Position numbers and translations under genes: made by a program. Below, one piece after another: positions 57,181 through 64,000 of a stretch of DNA of 64,000 bases (position 1 is its first letter; every line of letters starts with the position of its first letter). Origin of the DNA: Candidatus Altimarinota bacterium (GTDB lineage: Bacteria > Patescibacteriota > Gracilibacteria > UBA1369); the NCBI GenBank assembly GCA_963677745.1, contig OY782391.1, positions 736,001-800,000 of the forward strand, written 5' to 3'. The notes below the pieces were generated by a model. It was given only the letters and a program-made list of their open reading frames with translations. It was not told the DNA's origin and ran no database searches.

Positions 57181-58917
57181 TTAAGGATTTCCACTATCGT
57201 TAATTTCCGCACTGCTGGCTTCAACAACATTTTCATTGGCGGCGCCGGCCTTGGCCACCGTTTCCAGATTGGCTTTCGCCCCGTCACCGGTTACCGGCAT
57301 TTTTTTCTTGATCACCAGCATCATCATTTCCTTGGTCAGAGCTCCTGTCAGAATCAGCACGGCAAAATAAACTATTCCGCCCAGCGGAATCAGTAAGATG
57401 AAATTTTTATTCTGCATTCCCCACAGATAATAAGTCGGCTCTTTGGCATAATAAACCACTGCGGCCATCAACCCCGTGGCCAGCAGCATTTTGAAAAATC
57501 GTCCCAGTTTGATTTGGAATTGTACATAGCGGCGCGCCAAAATATAGGTGGCCACAAAAATATAAAATTCGGTAATGATGTTGGCAAACGCCGCGCCGCG
57601 TACTCCCCACTGGGGTATCCACCACCAGGAAAGCAATACGGTTAAAGCCGCTCCGATGATATTGCGTATCAGTAATTTATCCTGATGTTCGGAAGCAACC
57701 AGTACATAGCCGAAAAGCCCGTTTAGGAAACTGAACAGCAGGGCGATGATCAATATCTGCAGGACAATGTCCGAACCGACATAGCCGGCGCTCCAGTTGG
57801 TCAAAAATTCCGGGGTGGAAATCAGATAGATAAACTGATAGGCCAGAATAAAAGTTCCTGTCACTATTGGCAGGGCGCTCATCATCAGAAAATCAAAACA
57901 GGTTTGGATAATCGGTTTATGAGATCCGTCCTTGGCATGTAGGGCGCGGGTCAGAAAGGGCAGAATGGCATTCATGAAATAAAGCGGTACTATCCCCGCC
58001 GCTTCCAGCATGGTGGAAGGAGCGGAATAAGTAGCCACATAGGTGGCGCCAAAACCCGGCATGTTCAAAAGCATCACCGAACCGATCCGGAAATAAATCT
58101 GATTCAGGATCAGGGCTATCCCATAAGGCAGGGCTTTCCAAAGCACTTCTTTCCAGAACCACAGATCAAAACGGTAACGGATTTTTACCAGTTTTCTGGC
58201 AAAATAGGCCGTCACAATATACATGGCAATGTTGCCGACCAGACCGGCCAGTACCAACTGGATAAAAGCCCCGTCCGATACGGCGCAGGCACTGCCGTCG
58301 TTGACCAGAAATTGTACTGTCTGCGGAGCACAATCATGGGGAAAAAAGAAATATATTACCACTGCCATATAGGCCAGCGAGACCAGTTTCCCCACCACCG
58401 AACCCAGCGAATTTTTTTCCATTTGCAGATGCACCTGCAGGGCGGTCGAGACTGTTCCGGTCAGTATTGCAAAGACCGAACCAACCGCCGCCAGGGCCAC
58501 GGCATAGGGTGCGATTGACCCCTTATATTCATCAATCAAAAACGCCACGGCAAAGGCAACTACGGAAATCAGCACAATTACGATTGTCCTGGCCATCATC
58601 ATATTTCCCAGCACCATCTCCTCACGCTTGGGATCCTTGCTCATTTCCCGGACGCCGATCGTGTACAGTCCCATATCCGCCACGATGGCGAACAGGGCCA
58701 GATATTCGTAGATCGACTTGTAAATTCCATATCCCTGTTTACCCAGATAGGTCGTCAGCATTTTCAGAATAAAAACCGAAAAAAGACCGATTATTATTTT
58801 GGCCGCCACCTGGGAAGCGGTATTCATCAGTATTTTCCGGGCAACATGCGGCTGCCCCGCTTTGGGGGCAAAACCTGACCCCGAATGACCGGTTGAGGAG
58901 GATGCTGTCAGTGCCAT
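57181..58917 (-). CDS. Oligosaccharide flippase (Wzx/MOP superfamily)
   Basis: N-terminal KILMNT..Q, YLG..GYG.Y, DMGL....VRE, many TM segments, IPQWGVRGAA. Confidence 0.88.
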   Translation of the reverse strand: MALTASSSTGHSGSGFAPKAGQPHVARKILMNTASQVAAKIIIGLFSVFILKMLTTYLGKQGYGIYKSIYEYLALFAIVADMGLYTIGVREMSKDPKREEMVLGNMMMARTIVIVLISVVAFAVAFLIDEYKGSIAPYAVALAAVGSVFAILTGTVSTALQVHLQMEKNSLGSVVGKLVSLAYMAVVIYFFFPHDCAPQTVQFLVNDGSACAVSDGAFIQLVLAGLVGNIAMYIVTAYFARKLVKIRYRFDLWFWKEVLWKALPYGIALILNQIYFRIGSVMLLNMPGFGATYVATYSAPSTMLEAAGIVPLYFMNAILPFLTRALHAKDGSHKPIIQTCFDFLMMSALPIVTGTFILAYQFIYLISTPEFLTNWSAGYVGSDIVLQILIIALLFSFLNGLFGYVLVASEHQDKLLIRNIIGAALTVLLSWWWIPQWGVRGAAFANIITEFYIFVATYILARRYVQFQIKLGRFFKMLLATGLMAAVVYYAKEPTYYLWGMQNKNFILLIPLGGIVYFAVLILTGALTKEMMMLVIKKKMPVTGDGAKANLETVAKAGAANENVVEASSAEINDSGNP

Positions 58918-59053
58918 TAATGCGATTCGTAAATAAAGCGCGGCAATTCTATCACCAAATTATTTTCGTGGCGAACATTCGTTTACAGTTTTCCACATCT
59001 ATAATATGATTCCCTGCGTACGAAAACCGCCGCAATCATTAATAGCCAACAGT

Positions 59054-61417
59054 ATGTCTGCCATCAAAAAGAAATTTTATTGTCTGGACATGTTCCCCTA
59101 TCCCTCCGGCTCCGGCCTGCACGTGGGGCACGTGGAAGGATATACCGCCTCCGACATTGTCAGCCGGCTGATGCGGATGAAGGGCTTTGATGTAATACAC
59201 CCCATGGGTTGGGACGCTTTTGGACTGCCCGCCGAAAACTATGCCATCAAGACCGGTGTTCATCCCAGCCAGACCACCGACACCGCCATTGCCAATTTTA
59301 AACAGCAGATGAACCGTGTCGGGCTTTCTTATGATTGGGAGCGTGAAATACAGACCAGCAAACCTGAATATTATAAATGGACACAATGGTTTTTCCTGCT
59401 TTTTTATAAAAACGGACTGGCCTACAAAAAGAAGGCCAAAGTCAACTGGTGCGACCATTGCATGACTGTGCTGGCCAATGAACAGGCCGAAGGAGGCGTC
59501 TGTGAACGATGCGGCAATCAGGTTGTCCAGAAAGACCTGGAACAGTGGTTTTTCCGCATTACCGATTTTATCGAGGATCAGAAATATGAAGGCCGCACCA
59601 TCAAAGGTCTTTTAAGCGGACTGTCGGATCTGGACTGGCCGGACTCCACCAAATCGGCACAGATCAACTGGATCGGCCGCAGTGAGGGGTCAATGGTCAC
59701 CTTCCCGGTCAAAGACAAAAAATCCATACTTTCAGAATTGGAAGTATTCACCACCCGTCCCGATACTTTATTCGGATGCACCTATATGGCCATCAATCCC
59801 GAGCATCCGATTTTGCAAAAATATGCCGGACAGATTGAAAATATTGCCGAAATCAAGGCTTACGCCAAAGAAGCACAATCCAAAACCGAGCTGGAAAGAA
59901 CCGATTTGAACAAGGAAAAAACCGGCGTGGAAATCCAGGGACTCACCGCCATTAATCCGGTCAACGGCAATGAAATAAAAATCTTTGTGGCCGATTATGT
60001 GCTTTCCACCTATGGAACCGGCGCAGTGATGGCCGTGCCGGCACACGATGAACGCGACTATGATTTTTGCAAAAAATACAAACTTGAGATGATCGAAGTG
60101 GTTAGCGGCGGAAATATCCAGAAAGAGGCCTACACGGAAAACGGCGTCATGGTTAATTCTCATTTTCTAAACGGACTGCAGTCTGACGAAGCCAAAACCG
60201 AAATGATCAAATGGCTGGAAAAAGGCGGTCATGGCAAAATGCATATCAACTACCGCCTGCGCGACTGGCTGATTTCACGTCAGCGTTACTGGGGCGCCCC
60301 CATCCCGATTATTTATTGTGATAAATGCGGCACCGTGCCGGTTCCCGAACTAGAGCTGCCGGTTTTGCTGCCGACAGATGTTGACTTCAAACCCACCGGC
60401 GAATCCCCGCTGGTCCATTCCAAAACCTTTCATGACGTCAAATGTCCGACTTGTGGCGCCGCCGCCCGCCGCGAAAGTGACACTATGGACACCTTTGCCT
60501 GCTCCTCCTGGTACTTCTTCCGCTTCCTCGATCCGCACAATGACCGTGAATTCGCTTCCCGCGCGGCCATCGAAGCCGGCCTGCCCGTGGATATCTACAT
60601 CGGCGGCGCCGAGCATTCCGTACTCCATCTCCTCTACGCCCGCTTCTTCACCAAAGTTCTCCAAAAATACGGTTACATCGATTTCAACGAACCTTTCCTC
60701 AAGCTCCGCCATCCCGGCACCATCCTGGCCGAAGACAATACCAAGATGAGCAAGTCCAAAGGCAACGTCATCAATCCCGACGACGTGGTTAAACAGTTCG
60801 GCGCGGACAGTCTCCGTCTCTACGAAATGTTCATGGGCGTTTTCAATGAGTCCAAGCCCTGGAACACCAAGAGCATCGTCGGGGTACGCCGCTTTCTGGA
60901 CAAGATTTTGGCCCTGGCCGACCGGGTCAGTGACAAAGTTGAACTGGATGCCCGCCATCAAAAGCTCACCTTCGAACTTCACCGATCCATCAAAAAAGTC
61001 GGTGATGATATCCGTGATTTCAAGTTTAATACGGCCGTTTCCCAGTTGATGATTTTGGTCAATGAATTTGCCAACCACAACGCCATCCCCCGCGACTATT
61101 TCGAGAAATTTCTTCTGATTCTGTCCCCTCTTGCCTCCTTTACTGCCCAGGAATTGTGGCAAAAACTCGGATATGGCGATTCCATCCATGAACAGTCCTG
61201 GCCCGAATATGACCAGTCCCTGCTGCTTCAGGAGGATGTCACGCTCTCGGTGCAGGTGAACGGTAAATTGCGCGGGGTGATTCAGATACCGCGTGATGCC
61301 GCCGAAGCGGAGGTTCTGAAAATTGCCCAGGAAGATCCGGCCATCGGCAAATACCTCGCTGACGGTTATAAAAAGCATATCTACATACCCAACAGAATCC
61401 TCAATTTTGTTGTTTAA
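59054..61417 (+). CDS. leuS: Leucine--tRNA ligase
   Basis: MFPYPSGSGLHVGH, GWDAFGLPAEN, TTRPDT, SRQRYWG, KMSKS, QVNGKLR. Confidence 0.97.
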   Translation: MSAIKKKFYCLDMFPYPSGSGLHVGHVEGYTASDIVSRLMRMKGFDVIHPMGWDAFGLPAENYAIKTGVHPSQTTDTAIANFKQQMNRVGLSYDWEREIQTSKPEYYKWTQWFFLLFYKNGLAYKKKAKVNWCDHCMTVLANEQAEGGVCERCGNQVVQKDLEQWFFRITDFIEDQKYEGRTIKGLLSGLSDLDWPDSTKSAQINWIGRSEGSMVTFPVKDKKSILSELEVFTTRPDTLFGCTYMAINPEHPILQKYAGQIENIAEIKAYAKEAQSKTELERTDLNKEKTGVEIQGLTAINPVNGNEIKIFVADYVLSTYGTGAVMAVPAHDERDYDFCKKYKLEMIEVVSGGNIQKEAYTENGVMVNSHFLNGLQSDEAKTEMIKWLEKGGHGKMHINYRLRDWLISRQRYWGAPIPIIYCDKCGTVPVPELELPVLLPTDVDFKPTGESPLVHSKTFHDVKCPTCGAAARRESDTMDTFACSSWYFFRFLDPHNDREFASRAAIEAGLPVDIYIGGAEHSVLHLLYARFFTKVLQKYGYIDFNEPFLKLRHPGTILAEDNTKMSKSKGNVINPDDVVKQFGADSLRLYEMFMGVFNESKPWNTKSIVGVRRFLDKILALADRVSDKVELDARHQKLTFELHRSIKKVGDDIRDFKFNTAVSQLMILVNEFANHNAIPRDYFEKFLLILSPLASFTAQELWQKLGYGDSIHEQSWPEYDQSLLLQEDVTLSVQVNGKLRGVIQIPRDAAEAEVLKIAQEDPAIGKYLADGYKKHIYIPNRILNFVV

Positions 61418-61536
61418 TCAAGCATTTTAGGCCTTTCCAGCGGTCAGGGGCCGCTCCATTCAGCTTGTCAGTAAAGGCGTTGACAAGAAAGCTAAAAGGT
61501 GGTTAAATAAGCTCTTGGTTGTTTTTTAAATTAAAT

Positions 61537-62805
61537 ATGGATATTCCCAAGTATACATATAGCGAGCTGGCAGAGCTGAAAGAAAGGCAGGAGCAAAATC
61601 AGCGCCGTAAAGATAAAATGATTAAGGAAATCCTTGAGGGGAACCCCACCTTCAGAGAGATGCAGTCCCGTGTCCGCGGTCATTTTGAACAGTTGCTGAA
61701 ATACCGTGCCGATAATTTATATTGGATTTTTCTCAGCGCCAATGTGTCCTTAAAAGTAAAACGGGTACTGGATTCGACCGAAAAACTCAAAGCTCCGAAT
61801 CAGGAAAACTTCGATCAAACTGTTCAGGTAATCGATTACCGTGACATTGAAACTATTTTTTCCGAATTTGATACAAGCAGTCTGATGTCTTTACTGTCCC
61901 CCCATCTTCATTCCGACAATAAAAACACCGCAATAGGTTATGATGTCTGTAATAATTTACTGGATTGGAAAGACCCAAAACACAAACTCACTTTTACGGT
62001 CAACCTGTTATTTTTGATTATGTCGCTTATATATTTTTCCGACAGGTCAGGCGCGTTCGGACACCGGTTAACCAACATAGATTTTTCTCCGGCCACTGAC
62101 CTTATCAGCGGAGGAGCATTATTAATGGAGACTCTGCTTTTTGCCCTCGGGCTTTATGTCATTTATTCAAAATACAAATATCATCCGGAACAAAATATTT
62201 TCAATCTATTGGAAGGCAAGGCCAAGCACGCTCCTGAAATGGTCAAATTGCTGCCGAAATTGCAGAAAGCGGCAGGATTCTTACAGGAGAGCAGCCAATC
62301 CAAACGTGATGACGCGCAGCTCCGTGAAACCGTTGCCGAAGTTGCGGAAGCTTTGGTGGAATTGGAGGAATTCCTCTGCACCGAAAAAGTCACTCCCAAA
62401 ATTGTTGATCTTGGAGCCTATCGGGGTCTGCATTTAGCCGAGCAGCCGGGAGGTTCGGAAAATGACCCGGGAGACATAATCAAGCAGGTCAGACTTGGCA
62501 CTGAATCCCTTCGCAGAAAGAACAGGGTCAGAAATTGGAGTCCTCTTCGTACCGGTCAAAAGAAACAAGATGACACAAAGGCTTTACAGACTTTCTCCGA
62601 AAAAATTATTGATGCCGAATTGGAAGAATCACCGGTAGACCGCTCTGTTTTGGCTCAAAAGCCCAGGCTGAGAGTGGCGATTTCACCAGAATCTTCTTCC
62701 AGCCAGGTGATTGCCGAAATGGAAAATGATGAGGCGGAATTGGAACAGGAACAGCACAGTCCCGTCCAGAGTTCTCCGGTTGACTTTGCCGCCGGGAAAT
62801 CCTAA
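61537..62805 (+). CDS. Hypothetical membrane protein (two TM segments)
   Basis: Long ORF with two hydrophobic segments and an upstream TTGACA. Confidence 0.75.
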   Translation: MDIPKYTYSELAELKERQEQNQRRKDKMIKEILEGNPTFREMQSRVRGHFEQLLKYRADNLYWIFLSANVSLKVKRVLDSTEKLKAPNQENFDQTVQVIDYRDIETIFSEFDTSSLMSLLSPHLHSDNKNTAIGYDVCNNLLDWKDPKHKLTFTVNLLFLIMSLIYFSDRSGAFGHRLTNIDFSPATDLISGGALLMETLLFALGLYVIYSKYKYHPEQNIFNLLEGKAKHAPEMVKLLPKLQKAAGFLQESSQSKRDDAQLRETVAEVAEALVELEEFLCTEKVTPKIVDLGAYRGLHLAEQPGGSENDPGDIIKQVRLGTESLRRKNRVRNWSPLRTGQKKQDDTKALQTFSEKIIDAELEESPVDRSVLAQKPRLRVAISPESSSSQVIAEMENDEAELEQEQHSPVQSSPVDFAAGKS

Positions 62806-62838
62806 CATTTCACCTCCTTTGTTACCCTATCTTTTATT

Positions 62839-63759
62839 ATGGGATCCGAAAAACAACTTTATCATGTTCAGAGCGCGGGTGAAAAAACCCTTCTGCTGAA
62901 AGATCATTTACCCGATCTCAATCTGATTTCAGCAGTCCGTCATCTTTCTGAATTTTCGCAGGAAGATTTAATCAAATTAAAAGCGGGAGCCTTTGGCAGT
63001 CTGGCTTTTGATGTTGTCTTCAGCCCCGGCATTATTCCCAAAAAACGGGAACCGGAATATCGGCAGGCCTACTGTCATTTTTTCCGTGAACAATATGGTA
63101 TGGAATTGTTTGATCAGGAAGATTTATTTGTTTTCCCCAAAGAAGAGGACTTTTATTTTCAGCATCCCCAGGCCGGTCCCAATGAAGAAAGTTTTTTGAG
63201 AGAATGGGTAGCCAACCTGCGGGCCGTGGCCATGCTGCTGCGGCGTTACAGACCGATGGAAAACACCCCGGCCACCATCACCAACAATCTGATCGAAGCA
63301 GCTCTCTGCCGCATGGCCGAAAACGGTGAAGAATGGCCTGCCGATTTAATCTATGCGCTCCCCTATCCAATGCAGGAAAGGTTGGACACTCTGAGGAGTG
63401 AGGTCAAGCGTGAAACGTCAGCCGGCCGCAATCTTGCTCCCGGTCAATTTTTCCAGATGGCCAATCAACTGGAATTCAGGGAAAGAGAATTTATGCGCCA
63501 GAGCACCCATCAACGCGTGGATATGGTAATTACCGAAATTCAGGGTCATCAGACTTTGCTTCCCCCCGAGCCTGGCACCGGGCTGCGTTTTGATCTCGGC
63601 GTCGACTGGCACAATCCCACGCCGCGCCAATTCCGTCAGGTCAATTTGTCCTCCATTATGCATAACCTCGAGCAGGCCCAAAGATGGGCAGATTTATTGC
63701 TTGGCCTGAAAAAAAACAGCAACCCCCAGGCACTTCCTGATACCACGCGTTCCGTCTAA
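62839..63759 (+). CDS. Hypothetical protein
   Basis: 306-aa ORF. Confidence 0.7.
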   Translation: MGSEKQLYHVQSAGEKTLLLKDHLPDLNLISAVRHLSEFSQEDLIKLKAGAFGSLAFDVVFSPGIIPKKREPEYRQAYCHFFREQYGMELFDQEDLFVFPKEEDFYFQHPQAGPNEESFLREWVANLRAVAMLLRRYRPMENTPATITNNLIEAALCRMAENGEEWPADLIYALPYPMQERLDTLRSEVKRETSAGRNLAPGQFFQMANQLEFREREFMRQSTHQRVDMVITEIQGHQTLLPPEPGTGLRFDLGVDWHNPTPRQFRQVNLSSIMHNLEQAQRWADLLLGLKKNSNPQALPDTTRSV

Positions 63760-63774
63760 GAAATTTCTCCGGGA

Positions 63775-63828
63775 CCTTTTCCGCAGCTTGCGACTTTCGC
63801 AAACGTAAGAAAATCTTACTTTTACGAA
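63775..63828 (+). repeat. Dispersed ~53-bp intergenic repeat, copy 2 (core gtaaga-aaa-tcttac)
   Basis: Aligns with 40843-40895. Confidence 0.7.
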
Positions 63829-63919
63829 CACCAACATTGCCCTCACGCCCTCTCCCCTCTTCCACCATCCTGTCCGGCGTGTTATCATTATCGCCGACCC
63901 TCTGTTACAAATATTTCTC

Positions 63920-64000
63920 ATGCAAGAACACAAAGACAAACTGGCTACTATCAGTGCAGAAATTGAACACGCTCTGGAAAAGATTGATCTGGAAAAAATG
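63920..64000 (+). CDS. 5' end of a gene, possibly peptide chain release factor 2
   Basis: MQEHKDKLATISAEIEHALEKIDLEKM resembles the RF2 N-terminal helix. Only 27 codons are visible. Confidence 0.4.
   Translation, partial: MQEHKDKLATISAEIEHALEKIDLEKM

Noticed and set aside
1-64000. Genetic code 25 (TGA = Gly), as in Gracilibacteria/Absconditabacteria
   Set aside because: Conserved genes are full length in code 11 with no internal TGA, and rpsP and ftsA end at TGA.
63920-64000. prfB programmed frameshift site
   Set aside because: No CTT-TGA is visible; the frame reads through as KIDL. The gene identity itself is uncertain from 27 codons.

Overview
A 64-kb chromosomal window from a small-genome bacterium. 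It is most likely Patescibacteria/CPR, Peregrinibacteria-like. This is inferred from a CPR-type pilin, many ORFans, and housekeeping genes with A/T-rich starts that lack a Shine-Dalgarno (SD) site. TGA is used as a stop, so the genetic code is 11, not 25. Core genes: ftsA, ftsZ, murB, rpsP, khpA, dciA-like, a stand-alone 5'-3' exonuclease, rarA, rnj, glyA, leuS, a probable prfB start, a flippase, a GT4 glycosyltransferase, an MFS transporter, TerC, and tRNA-Asp, -Thr and -Tyr. An anaerobic energy/dNTP block holds 2-oxoacid:ferredoxin oxidoreductase alpha and beta about 6 kb apart. Between them is a class III ribonucleotide reductase (RNR) behind tandem NrdR-type boxes; its glycyl-radical domain is a separate gene fused to a CxxC redoxin. 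The most unusual signal is four scattered single-gene cassettes (~24.5, ~40, ~52.8 and ~56 kb). They have foreign-looking codon choice, their own putative promoters, structured leaders and trailers, and SD-like purine tracts that are base-paired. In the clearest case the pairing is a perfect 14-bp complement 1.3 kb away, after the stop codon. Their products include an outer-membrane beta-barrel-like protein and an FHA-domain protein. Also present: tRNA 3'-end duplications, long hairpins next to tRNAs, a frameshifted amrB, a 2.4-kaa ORFan and a leaderless muramidase. All family calls come from motif recognition by eye; no searches were run.
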